Shown: positions 45,664 to 57,745 of the stretch, in pieces | Layout: every line of letters starts with the position of its first letter | Position numbering within the stretch: position 1 is the stretch's first letter | Source of the DNA: Blastocladiella emersonii ATCC 22665 | Lineage: Eukaryota; Fungi; Blastocladiomycota | Direction: 5' to 3' | NCBI GenBank assembly: GCA_025594325.1 | Contig: JANHCV010000009.1 | Span: 682,001 to 746,000 of the forward strand | Length of the DNA stretch: 64,000 nucleotides | Notes under the pieces: generated by a model | Databases searched by the model: none | What the model was told of the DNA's origin: nothing | Seen by the model: only the letters and a program-made list of their open reading frames with translations | Program-made: the position numbers and the translations under genes

Positions 45664-45687
45664 GAGACGCGCGGTGATATCACCTGA
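45664..45687 (+). promoter_or_regulatory. Composite upstream motif (copy 2), upstream of syntaxin
   Basis: gagacgcgcggtgatatcacctga, preceded by gagacacgcg. Confidence 0.55.
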
Positions 45688-46151
45688 TCCCCGCGACGCG
45701 TCGTGTTTCGGGACGCGCGACGCGTTTTTCCTCGCGTCTCGCTCCCTTTTCGGGCGGGCGAACAGCCGACGACGCGCGCGCTCATGTCCCCCAGGCGTGG
45801 AGACATGCACGCACACGCGGGCGCGCCCTCGCTTACCCTTCACATCCCCTCCGCTCTCCTCTCCTCGCCTTCGCCGACCAACGACGACGACGACTTGGAA
45901 CTCCATGAACCAGTGAGCGTGCTGGCCGCGCTCCACGTAGACGACTGCATAGACTGCGCTAGACGAAAGACATAGACGACGACGCACGCGGCAGCGACTA
46001 TACCCCCTCGCCCGTCCGCCCGTCGACCCCGAACTCGCAAGACGCTGGACGTCTCGCTCGCAGGGCATACCCTCAACCACGACTACCTACCACCACCGCC
46101 CGGCTCGCTCGACTGGCGTGACCCGAAAAAACAACAACTACCACCAGCACG

Positions 46152-47520
46152 ATGCGCGACCGTCTCGCGGAACTCAAGGTATCCGGCCATCCCCTCTCTC
46201 CCGCTGCCCGGACATCGAGCTGATCCACGGCCGCGTGCGTGTAGAAGTCGAACGGCGCCGAGGGCGCCGAGGTACAGGCGACGGCGCAGAACGTGGACCT
46301 CGAGAAGGGCGCAGCGCCAGCGCCGGCGACGCCCATGAAGGCCTTCTTCGACGAGGTCAGCAACCTGCGCGGCGCCATCAACACCATCAAGAAGCTGATC
46401 ACCGATATCGAGGAGACCCACGGCAAGGCGCTCACGGCTGTGAGCGAGGAGCAGGGCCAGGGTACGGCGGCGACGGGTCGCGATCGTGCACGAGTGGCAG
46501 CGGGCTGACGCGGGCTTCCGTGTAGACCATGCGCAGGCGATTGACGGGTTCATGGACCAGATCGGCATGCAGTCGACGGTGATCCGCAAGAAGCTCAAGG
46601 GTACGGTCCGCGGTCGCGTTACGCGGTGGTTGTCGCTGACCATGGCCGCCGAGTGTAGACATGGAGACGGCCAACAAGGACTTTACGGCCAAGAACCCGA
46701 ACTCGAGCGACGCGCGCATCCGCGTGAGCCAGGTACGCCCTGACTCACACCGAGTCGGGCGAGGCCACGGCCACTCATCATCCGTTCCCGGTCCATGTGT
46801 AGCACGCGGTCCTCGTGAAAAAGTTCACCGACATCATGACCGAGTACAACGACGTGCAGAGCAAGTTCAAGGGCAAGTACAAGCAGCGGCTGCAGAAGCA
46901 GTTCCTCATCGGTGCGCCCTCGTGCTCCACCCGCTCACCGTGACCACGCTCACACAACTCACTCGCCGTAGTCAAGCCCGACGCGTCGCCCGAGGAGGTC
47001 GAGAAGGTGGTCAGCGGGGAAGGCGGCGCGGGCATCTTTGCGCAGCAGATCATGCCGGGCGCCCAGTACATGGAGGCCAGGCAGGCGCTGCAGGACATTC
47101 AGGAGCGGCACCAAGATATTATTAAGATCGAGAAGAGCATTCTCGTACGTCCCCGGCCGCCACGCTGCGACCACCGCCGTCGCTGACCCCTCGCCCCGCA
47201 TCGCCGAGTGTAGGAGCTGCAACAGCTGTTCGTCGACATGTCGGTGCTCGTGGCGCAGCAAGGCGAGCTCCTCAACCAGATCGACTCGCACGTAACCAAG
47301 GCCGTCGACTACACGGAGCAGGGCGTCGAGGAGATGAAGGAAGCCAACAAGATCCAGAAGCGGTCTCGAAAGGTACGCTTGTCGATTTCGCTGTAAATGA
47401 GATCCGTGCTGACCTGAGCCCTCGAACATGTAGCGCATGTGCATCCTCATCTTCTGCCTCGTCATTCTCGCCGTGGTCATTGGGGTGGGCGCGAGCATGA
47501 CCGGGCTGCTCAAGAAGTGA
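46152..47520 (+). CDS. SSO1: Plasma-membrane Qa-SNARE syntaxin (Sso1/STX1-like), about 8 exons
   Basis: MRDRLAELK, Habc helices, ERHQDIIKIEKSIL|ELQQLFVDMSVLVAQQGELLNQID, C-terminal TM. Confidence 0.92.
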
Positions 47521-47646
47521 TCCCCAGCCGGCCGATTGTTGATTTGATCTTCTATTCACTCCCATTTTTCTGGCCGAGAGACTCTAAGTCGCGCCCTTGC
47601 GCGGACACAAACCTCGCACTCGAGCGTGGTGCGAGACACGCGGCGC

Positions 47647-47670
47647 GACACGCGTCGGGATATCAGGTGA
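47647..47670 (+). promoter_or_regulatory. Composite upstream motif (copy 3), upstream of the RGS gene
   Basis: gacacgcgtcgggatatcaggtga, preceded by gagacacgcg. Confidence 0.55.
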
Positions 47671-48142
47671 TCACGCACGCGTGGCGCCGCTAATGTCTCC
47701 CGCGTGTCGCTAAATTAGCGAGTCCCTCGCGGGTCCACCGCGCGCTCAGATTTATTTGTTATCGGGCCGTTGTCAAGCCGCCGCACAACGCGTTAATTGC
47801 TGATCCCGAGGGGATCGAGGTCGCAGTCGCTCCAACCCGCCTTGTCCGCGAACGACGAACGACGCGTCCCTGTGGCGCAGCACGCGCGTGTGTAGTGTCT
47901 CCTCGCCGCCGCGCTCTCCCGCCGGGACGCGCAGACGCGCGCTGTCCATCGCCGGACAATATCACCCACTACTTCCGCCAAAACTACTATACCTCGTAAC
48001 CCCATGCATCACCTCATGCAACCGTGTCCGTGACCCGCCCACACCATCATCCTAGAGCAGCAGCGTCACCGGCACACCCCAACCAACCTACCACCACCTC
48101 CAACTTCGCGCGCGACTGGCCGACCGACCGTGATCCATCGCC

Positions 48143-51100
48143 ATGGACAGGTCCCGGCCAAACTCGCGCCCCACGTCGCCCGCGGCCGTGCGCGTCCCGC
48201 TGGCCGGCGCGCCGCTGTCGGCTGCGGAAAAGGCCAAGGCGACCAGCGCGTCGGGCGGCGCGCTCGCCGCGTCGGGATCGTCGTCGACGGGAGGGGGGGC
48301 GGCGAAAGACTTCCTCCTGCCCACGCCGGCGGACGCGATCCACCCGTCCATCTCGCTCGAACACGTTGATGCGGAAAGCGTCGAGGAGCCCGCCGAGGAG
48401 GAGCCGAGTTCCGCGCCAGAGTCTGGCCAGGGATCGGGTACGCTTCCTTTCGCGCGACCAGGGTGCGTGCATCAAACTAACCCCGACGACACGCGTGTGT
48501 AGAAAGCGAGCTCGTCGTCAAGGAGCGCGTGGCGCTCCTGCTGCAGAAGAAGGTGCAGCGCGCGTCGCTGCACATCATCTCGTTCCTGCGCATCTACGTG
48601 CGCATCAGCTCGCGGATCACGTTCCCCGTGACCGTGGACGCGGCGCGGACCATCGAGTACCTGGCGTCGCAGATCGAGGCCGAGTACGCGTTCCGGTACA
48701 CGTCGATCGCCGAGCAGTGCCGCCCGCCCGCAGGCGTCACGCTCGAGGGCGAGCCGGCCACCGTGCCCAACGACCAGCTACGGTCCGAGCCGCTCATCGT
48801 TGGTCTCCTGTGCGACGCGTCGGGCCGCCAGTTCAACTTCCAGGACACGATCTCGAACGTGCTCAACCTCGGCGATACGGTGGTCGTGGTCAACGGCATG
48901 GATGGTACGTTAGTTTCTGTGCTTGTTGTGGGAGAGGTTGTGGAGGCGCGCTCACGACGCTCACACGGCGACTCGCGGCCCCAAGGTACAGATGTCACGC
49001 AGGCCATGGCGGAGCCGCAGGACCTCGACTACGCGGCGTTTGAGTCCAAGTTCGATCTGTACTCGCAGTCGACGTCGCAGCCCGAGACCATTGAGTCGAC
49101 GTCCGACAACCGGTTCCTGGCGCTGCTGCGGAACATGGCGGGCCTGACGCTGTTCCGCGAGTTTGCGACCACGGAGCTCGCGCTCGAGTCGCTGCTGTTC
49201 TGGCTCGAGGTCGAGATCTTCACGACGACGGCGCCCGAGCTGCAGCCGCTCATGGCCAAGTACATATTCTTCATGTACATTGCCGACCACGCGCCGCTCG
49301 TCATCAACATCTCCAAGGAGATGCGCGCCGACATCGCGGCCGCCGTCACGTCGTACCGCGACACCAACATGTTCGACGAGGCCCAGCTCCACGCCTACAC
49401 GGTGCTCAAGAAACACGTGTTCCCCAAGTTCGAGCGCACCGAGAAGTTTCGCGAGTTTCTCCGGTTCCGCACCACCAGTACGTTGGCTCGCGGTGCTCGC
49501 GCTCAACGATGGAAACTGACAAACCGCACCATGAGTGTAGGCCCGCAGGCGTACTTTGCGGCCAAGATCCGTGACTCGTTCTCGGAGCAGTTCAAGCCGA
49601 ACCTCGAGCTCATGCTCGAGATCTGCGGTGGGGCGGCGTTCGCGGCGCGCGGCACGCCCGTGTACATCCGCGAGAAGTTCATGAACCGCGTCGTCAAGCG
49701 GTACTTTCCCAGCGCGTCGGCCATCGAGGGGTACTGGAACAACATCAACCACGCGGCCGCCGTGCAGCGCGTGCGCAAGGTGACCAAGGAGCGCAAGCTG
49801 GCCAAGTTCTTCGGGACCGACCGCGGCAAGGACCGCACGCTGCTCCAGGACGAGATGGTGCGGCAGCTCACGCCGCTCAACGCCGGAGGTAAGAACTCGG
49901 CCAGCCCGTCGGCCAGCGCCGGCCGCTCGTACGACGACGGGCTCATGTCCGACGACGACGACGACGGGATCGACTACGCCAACGACAACGAGGTCATGCC
50001 CCGCGGCGAGTCCAACGACGATAAGTCGGACGGCGACGACGACCTGTTCGCGCGCGTCAAGCGCCGCGGCAAGCTCGAGCAGATCCTCGGCGAGAAGGTC
50101 AAGCCCGAGACGATCGGCGGTGGCAACGGCGGCAATCCAATGTCGACGCTGCCGAGCGTCATGACGGCGACGCTCGGCGGCGGCAACTTCAGCATGGGGT
50201 TCGGCAGCGGCGGGCCGACGACGACCATGACGGGGTACGACCCGTCGGTCCCGTCGACGATGCTGCGGGGCGTCGGGCTCGCGAACCCGGCCGAGTCCAC
50301 GTCCGCGCGCGGCGGCGGCGCGGGCGGCAACAGCGCCAACCTTGTCGCCGGCACGCTGGCGTTCCCGCACTCGAACTCGGCGAGCTCGGACACGGAGGTA
50401 CCCGTCAAGGTGGTGACGCTGAACGAGCTGCCGACGCAGACCAAGGCGATGCTGACGCGGCGGTCCAAGAAGCTGCGGCACGTGCTGGGCGAGGCGCTCG
50501 ATGAGAACACGGCGTACGAGAGCCTGATGCGCGAGCTGTTCAACCCGATGAACCGGGCGACGCTCGACCGGCGTACGTCGGGCACGAACCGGGCGAGTTT
50601 CCCGGCGGGTGGGGGCGCCGTCGGGCCGTCCGGGATCCAGCCGTCGCCGACGGCCGCGAGCTTCATCAACCGGCTCGCCGAGATCGACGACGCGGCCGAG
50701 GACCCGGTCGAGATCGACCCGTTCGAGGAGGACGCCATGATGGGCAGCGATTTCGACGAGAGCGACCTGCTCAACTCGGAATCGGACAGCGAGGGCAGCC
50801 TGTCGGACCTGTCGTCCGAGTCGTCGGCCAACGGCAGCACCAAGAGCCGGCTCAAGCGCGTCAAGCGCCGCGGCAAGCTCGAGCAGATCCTGGGCGAGGG
50901 CAAGCTGCCGGCCACGGCCCCGCACAGCCGCCGCGCGTCCGCCGTCAACGGGCCCAACGCCAACAAGCCGCCGCGCAAGATCACCAAGGAGGACCGCGTC
51001 AAGCGCCGCAAGCGCGTCAACAAGCTCGAGAAGGTGTTTGGCCAGCTGCCGCCCGTCGAGGCCTTGACCGAGCTCGAGCGCCGCACCATCGAGCACCGCC

Positions 51101-52050
51101 GCTCCATCGCGTCCATCTCGCGCATGCTGTCCAACGGGCCCGCCATGGCCAGCCTCATCGACTACCTGGTCACGTCGTCGGGGACCATGGACACGACGGG
51201 CGGGAGCGGCAGCGGCGGCGGCGGCGGCGGCGCAACGAGCCCGCTGGGCGTGGGCGGCGGCGCGGGCGGCGAGGCCAGCGGCATCGACACGCCGCCGCAG
51301 CAGGCGGGGATGCGCGCGAGCAACAGCATCGGGAGTAAGCGCACGTCGCTGCTCGTCCCGCACTCGCTGGGCGACCCGAACAGCGGCGGCGACTCGTCGT
51401 CCACGTCGCTGCCGTCGGCCAACAGCGTGCTGGGCGATGACGACGAGGAGGCCAAGCAGCGGCGCGAGCGGTTCCAGCGCAAGCGCAAGTTCAACAAGCT
51501 GAACCGCTTCTTCGGCAACCAGGTCGACCCGGCGCTTCTCATTGAGCAGAACATCATCGAGAACCTCGAGCGCCAGATCCACGAGGACGTCGGCACCAAC
51601 GAGAAGTCCATGTCGGTGCTGCGGTCCGACCTCGCCCTGTTGCGCGAGCAGGTCAAGCAGGTCGCGCGCAGCCTCGTCCTCGACGAGCTCGAGGCCATGT
51701 CGCCGCCGTCGTCGCCCATCGCCGCGGGACCCAGCGGCAACGGCGCCGCGGGTCTGTCGTCGGCGCTCTCGCCGCTCCGCGGCCAGCTCGACGGGAGCAG
51801 CGGCAGCAGCAGCAACGGCGGTGAACGCAGACTCAGCGCGCGGTCGGCGGCCGGGGATGACGACGACGACGAGTTTGTCGATGCGTCCGCTTCGCCAATG
51901 CCGGGCAAGAGCCGGCGCGTCAGCGCGGTCCAGCAGCAGCACGACCGTGTCGGGTCGACGGGCACCTACGGCACGGTCGCGAGCACGCGCGGGCTGCTCG
52001 ACCCGCCGACGAACCAGTCGCGGCCGTCGCTCGCGCAGACGCCGCCGTGA
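48143..52050 (+). CDS. RGS-domain protein with a putative ubiquitin-like N-terminal domain and repeated basic-KL..(F/L)G motifs
   Basis: FREFATTELALESLLFWLEVE..YIADHAPLVINIS..MFDEAQ..VFPKF. Introns 48438-48502, 48905-48985 and 49478-49540; the last two are in-frame and read through in the track. Confidence 0.85.
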
Positions 52051-52189
52051 GCTGACGGACGGGGGAGACGTGGTAGCTGGAGAGATTTACGGTTGACTTG
52101 AGATTTCACCCATACACACAACAGTTGCGATGTAATCATTGAGAACTCGCCGGCAGTGAGAGGAAACGACGGAAGGTGGCCCTGATCAA

Positions 52190-52231
52190 TCTCTTACTTA
52201 ACGGAGCTCGTCTCTTACTTAACGGAGCTCG
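52190..52231. repeat. Perfect 21-bp tandem duplication
   Basis: tctcttacttaacggagctcg x2. Confidence 0.9.
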
Positions 52232-52771
52232 GTCCTGATTAATTGCTCATACAACGGGTATCACAGTGCATTGCGGTGAGCGGCCAGCCAGGAAAAAACT
52301 CCGCCTTTTCCCCGCCTGCGCGTTCAAGCCACGCGGCTCATCTCGGGCCCGCGCGCCGGTCACTCCACGTGCGCAAGGCGGCCCGCTCTCGCCTTCGCCT
52401 CGAGCGGCGGACCCGCACGAAGCACGTCGTCCCTCGCCCTCTCTCTCCCTCCCTCCCTGAACCGGTCGAAGCTTGGCGGACTCACATGTAACTCTTGGCA
52501 ACGGCAGTGGACGCTGCTGCACCGCACACCGTGACCGCGACCAACCGGCGGCTCAGGGCGGTGGTGGGACCGCGCCTGGGACTGCACCGACTCCCGCCGA
52601 TCCCGCGTCCTGTCACTGTTTGCGGACCCGCTGCTTGGCTCCACGGCGTTTGTCAACCCAGGCGTGCGTGCGAACCTCATCTGCCGCGTGCGACAGGACC
52701 ACGGGTCGTCCCGCGCCCAGGATTCAGTTTGACGCAGGCGAAGCCCACAATGGCCGCGCAGCGACAGGGGA

Positions 52772-52805
52772 GGGGGGGTCCAGGGGGGAGGGTCTCCCTC
52801 CCCCC
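52772..52805. other. G-tract plus 10-bp-stem hairpin
   Basis: gggggggtcca followed by ggggggaggg-tct-ccctcccccc. Confidence 0.6.
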
Positions 52806-53397
52806 GGCTCTCAGAGAAGGGCCAGGTTGCCTTTCCATGAGAAGCGCTAGGTCGGCCGATTTCGAAGCATTCCGGTGCCGTGTGCACGTCGCGCGAGCTG
52901 GACGGCGACAACCTTCGCATGCTCAAGGCGGCGGACGCTCTCAAGGGTGCGACGCACGAGTGCGAGACGCCCCCGCAACTCGGTGGAAAGGCGGTGTCTG
53001 TGATTGTGCAGAATGTCGATTGCTGCTTCATGCGTGTTATTGGAGAGGAACAACGCTCAGGACGACGTCGCGCGATACAAATCACGTAGAAGATCTGTCG
53101 CGCAAACACGGACTGTGGTGAAGAACGGAGAGTTCATGTCTTTAGCTTCGTGAGGCGTTTCCACAGGCGGCCTGCGGCCGGCCACGGAGCTGCTAGTCGG
53201 TCGGCCCAGGAACGGAACGAGGCGCGATGAGGTCGCGCTGCGCCACATGTTTCCGGCGATGGGATTGGCAGGGCTCGTAACCATCGCGCTCAAGTCCGAT
53301 GAAGCCGAGCCTGATCAGTCGATGGATCACCGATGCAGTGGATCAAACAAACAAACTTTGTATATTCCACTACTGTACACGGCAGGTGGAGCTCAGC

Positions 53398-55058
53398 TCA
53401 CACCGCCTGCGGCTGCGCCTGCTGCTGGTGCTCAGCAACGACGCCAGGAGCGGCGGACGACGTCGAAGACGAAGGCGTCGGCCCCGCGCTCTCGCCGCTG
53501 GCGGTCGCAGCGGGTGCGGCGGACCGGCTGCGCTCGCCGCGCGGCGAGGCCACAGCGGACGCGGTCGCGGAACTCGGCGCGGACGACGATGACGTGCTGG
53601 GCTGCATCGACGCACCCTCGCCCTCGGCCGCCTCACCGTCCGCAGCCGCCGTCGCCGCGAGCGCCTTCGCCGTCCGATTCACGACGAAGGGCCTTCCGGA
53701 GAGCGCGGCGGCAGCCTCGAACTCGGTGAGGTACGCCTGGTAGGTTCGGAATGGCTGGGTGTTGCGGTACGCGCCGAGCTGGGCGTGGTACTCGTTCTTG
53801 GCGCGGGCCGCGTCCTCCTCGCGGCGGCGCTTCTCGGCGGGGGGCATGGCCTTCCACCGGTCGCCGACGATCTTGGCGAGCTCCGAGAAGGTCAGCTGCA
53901 GGTCGCGCAGCTCGGCGCGCACCTGGTTCGCGTACACGACGTACGCCGACTGCGGTTTCGCCGGCTCGTTCGGGTCGGGTTTCGGGTGACGGCGGTACTT
54001 GCGCTTGCCGAGCGACGACGAGGAGGAGGTGGAGGCGGAGACGGCGGGCTCGGCGGTGCCCGGGTCGGCCGCCGTGGCCGCGGCCGGGAGCGCGTCCTCG
54101 TCGGCAGGCACCGCAGCTGCGGCATCGGCGCGTCCCGTCGTCGGCGCGAGCGCGGGGCCCGAGCTGGACCGCGCCGGCGCGGTCGCCGGTCGACGCGGCG
54201 TCGTCTCAGCCGACGGCGACATGATGCCCGGGGACACGGGTCCCGGCTCGGTCGCGGCCGACACGGGCTCGGGGATCTCGCACAGCTCCTGCGCGTGCTC
54301 GGGCGCACGGTCCACGTCCGTGACCGAGTCCACCACCGCCGCCGTCTCGACCTCGGGCTGCGGCGGAACCGGAACCGGACCCGCCGCCACCGCGGCCGCC
54401 GTGGCCGCGTCCGCCTTCTCCTTGCGCCGGCGCGCCATCGACTTCATGGGCCCGCGCGACGCGGGGACCGGGGGCGGGACAATCGGTCCACCCGCGGCCT
54501 TGTCGGCCTCCGCCGCCGCCTCGGCTGCCGCCGCTGCCGCCGCACGCCTCTCCGGGATCTCCTCCCAGTCGCTCTTTTCGGTCTGCGCCGGGTCCGCCGC
54601 GACAGGCCGCAGCGTGCGTCCCCCGGGCCGCCGGATCGGCGGGAACTTGGCGGCGGCAGCGGCGACCGTGGGTTCGCGCCGCGGGCGTTTCGCGGGCCGG
54701 TCGGTGGGGGCGGCGGGGAGGTCGGCGGGGAGGGGGACTTTGCGGCGCCGCGGCGCGGGCGGGGCCGGGTCTTGCGCGGGTTCTTCGGCCGCCGCGGACG
54801 CAGCTGCGGGGTTCGCGGGCGGCGGCGGGGAGATGGGCGCGGGCGGCGGCGGCGGCGAGCGGTCGAGGTCGTCGTCGGCGTGGCGGGGTGCCGCGGCGCC
54901 GGTGGCGGATGCCGAACCCGGGCGCGGCGGCGACAGGTCGTCATTGCCGCCCATGCCGGGGAGCGGCGGGGCGAGGTGATCGACGTCCATGGGCGAGGTG
55001 CGCAGGTCGAAGGGCTGAGCGGCGGCGGCGGCGGCGGGCGACGCGTAGCCCGAGCGCG

Positions 55059-55089
<31 letters not shown>

Positions 55090-57745
55090 CGACGACGACG
55101 GGTGTCCGTGCGACGGCGGTGCGCGGTGGTACGGGTGGTGCCGGTGATGCGGGTACGCCGCCGGGTCGCCGGGGTAGTACTTCCCAGCCGCCGCCGCCAC
55201 TGCGGCCGAGGACGCGCCTGTGCTGCTGCCGCCCTGCTGTGGCGGCGGAGGCGGGCCGCTCGAGCCGTACGGCGGGTACGCGCCGGGGGCTGTGTAGCCC
55301 GGGTACCGCGGCGCGCCGCGCGGCGGGGGCGGGGCGGCGGTCGGAGGCGGCGGCGGGGCGCCGTAGTGCGGGTACTGCGCGTGTTGCGGCGGGTACTGGT
55401 GGTGCGGGTGGTAGTGCGATGGGGGCGGGTACTGGTGCGCGTGCGGGTGGGAGTGGGCGTGGGGCGGAGGTGGGGGCGGAGGGTAGTGGCCGTGGCTGCC
55501 GTAGTAGTACGAGGCGGAGGCGGACGAGGGGCCGTACGCGTCGTCGTAGCCTGGGCCTGGTAGGGCAGTGCGCGTGAGTGAGTGGACACGGTTCCGGTCG
55601 GATCGGACGCGCGAAAAGACGTACCGGCAGCGTAGCGCGAGTACGCCGAGTGCGGGGGCGGCTGCGGCGGGTACTCTGCCGACCCGCGGCGCGCCGACGC
55701 AGCGGCCGCGGCGGAACCCGTCGCCGCAGACCGATCGTAGCCGTACGCCTCGTGGCGCGCTGGAGACGCTGGCGCAGCGCCGGGCGCAACGGTTCCCGTG
55801 GCCGACGGCCCGCGCGGCGGCATGCTCGGCTTCGGGCCCGCGGGCGACGGCGGACGGTGGCGCGGCTCGTCGGGTTGCGCGATGGGCGACTCGCGCGACG
55901 ACACGTCGCGGCGGTGCGCAGCGGGTGGCGCGTCGGGCTCGGGGCCCGGGTACGCCGGTGGCGGGGCGCCGCCCGCGGTCGTCACGCTGCCGTTACCGGT
56001 CCCGCGGTAGCCCTGCTGCTGCGACTGCTGGTAGTAGTAGCTGCTGGCGCCCGCGCGGTCGTAGTAGCCCGGGTACCCGGCGGCCGAAGGCGCCGGCGGC
56101 GGTGGCGGCGCGTGTGGGTGGGATGGGTAACGATAGTGGTGGTGGTGCGAGGACGGGGGCGGCCGGGAAGCACCCGCAGGAGGACCACCTGCGGCCGCAG
56201 CAGTGCGGTAACCGTTGGACTTGAGGTCGGACGACAACGGGCTCGGATCAGCGCCGTCGTCAGCGCTGCCATCACGATCCGCAGGCGCTGCCACGGCGCC
56301 GTTCTCGGGCGCATCGGGATCGGGCCACGGGCCGGGGTACGCGGCGGGAGGCGCGCCGCCGCCGCCGCCCGGCTGGGCCACGGGCCGCGTGGCCGGTGGG
56401 GGTTTGCGCGCCAGGGCCGATTCCGGTGCATGGCGCGCGGCGTACTGGTACTGGTGCTGGTGCTGGTGCTGGTAGTAGGCGGCGTGCTGCTGCTGCTGCG
56501 ACGGCGGCTGCGGGGCCGGTGCCTGCGCCGACGGGTGGTGGCCGTGTGCGCGAGGCGCGTGCTGCGGGTGATGATGATGGTGGTGATGATGGGCGGCAGC
56601 GGGCGGCGGCTGCTGCGAGGCCGGGTTGACCGCGCTCGGGCGGCGCTGGTGCGCGTCGGGCGCGGGCGGGTAGCCGTACGGCGCGCTGCTGGCTGTGGGC
56701 GGAGGGCCGGCGGTAGCTGCGCCCGAGGGCTGCGCGGCGGGATGGCGGTAGCCTTGGCCGTGGTGGTACTGCTGCGCGTGCGCTTGCGCGTGAGCGTGCT
56801 GCTGCTGCTGCGAGGGCGGGTAGGCAGCGTGGGGGTGGTGGTGCGAAAGGGGCGGGTACGCGGTGCCCGCGCGCGCGGTGGCGCGGTCGCCCGGCGGGGG
56901 CTGGTGATGATGGTGCTGATGGTGGTGGTGCGACATGCCGCGCTGCGACTGGTGGTGATAGCTGTCGTTCTCGGAGGTGCCGTTGTGGAGCTGCGGGTGA
57001 GCCTGCGACGCGTGGTGGTGGTGGCGGTCGACGGGCGAGCGCGCAAGGTGGTGATCGGGATGGCCAGACTGTGGCGCGCGCGTTGCAGCGAGTTAGCGAT
57101 GCGGTTTGTGCGTCAGGGGGGCGGCGTGCATGGGGGGTGGGCGGAAGCGGAGAGAGAGGGAGCGAACGGGGCGGCGCGTCCCCGAAGCGAGTGGGCAATT
57201 TTTGCGGGTCGCCGCCTTTCCGCTCCAACGTGGCGCACGCACGCGCTCACGGCTCGCCGCCCGCGCCGCGCCGCCACCACGCACGCGTCTCGCGCCGGGC
57301 TGGGCGCGCGGTCGGTCGACGCGAGCTCCGGGACGTGGCGTGTGTTGACGACGGTGACGCGTGCGCTCACGCGTGTCGTCCAGCGCGTCTCCCGCCGCGC
57401 CTGCGACTTGGTCGCCGACCGGGGTGGGCGGCGAGCAGCGACCGGGACAGCACGCGCGAGAACGAGATTTTCGCCGACCACGTGAGGCGCGCGCACGCGC
57501 GGGAAACCTCAATTCGTGGCGGACGACGGGTCGGGGGCGGGCGAGGATCGGAACCGACGCGCGCGGTGCGGACACGGCGCGCGGCAGCGATCGCGGCGCG
57601 CCGGACGGGGTGCGGACACGCGTCGCGCCGCGCCGCCGTGCGGGTCAGTGGACGGGCGACAGCGACGACGACAAGGGCGAGGAGAGGGCGGAGGAGCGGG
57701 CGACGAGCAAGGACGTACAGGGGACGGTGCGTCGGATGCAGTCAT
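53398..57745 (-). CDS. HMG-box transcription factor with very long His/Pro/Ala/Gln-rich low-complexity N-terminus
   Basis: HMG box KRKYRRHPKPDPNEPAKPQSAYVVYANQVR..FSELAKIVGDRWK. Proposed exons 57719-57745, 55625-57068 and 53398-55556 total 3630 nt, in frame. The upstream mini-exon is less certain than the rest. Confidence 0.85.

Noticed and set aside
52847-53293. Short minus-strand ORFs downstream of the HMG gene
   Set aside because: Under 80 aa with no motif; possibly 3' UTR or a relic.
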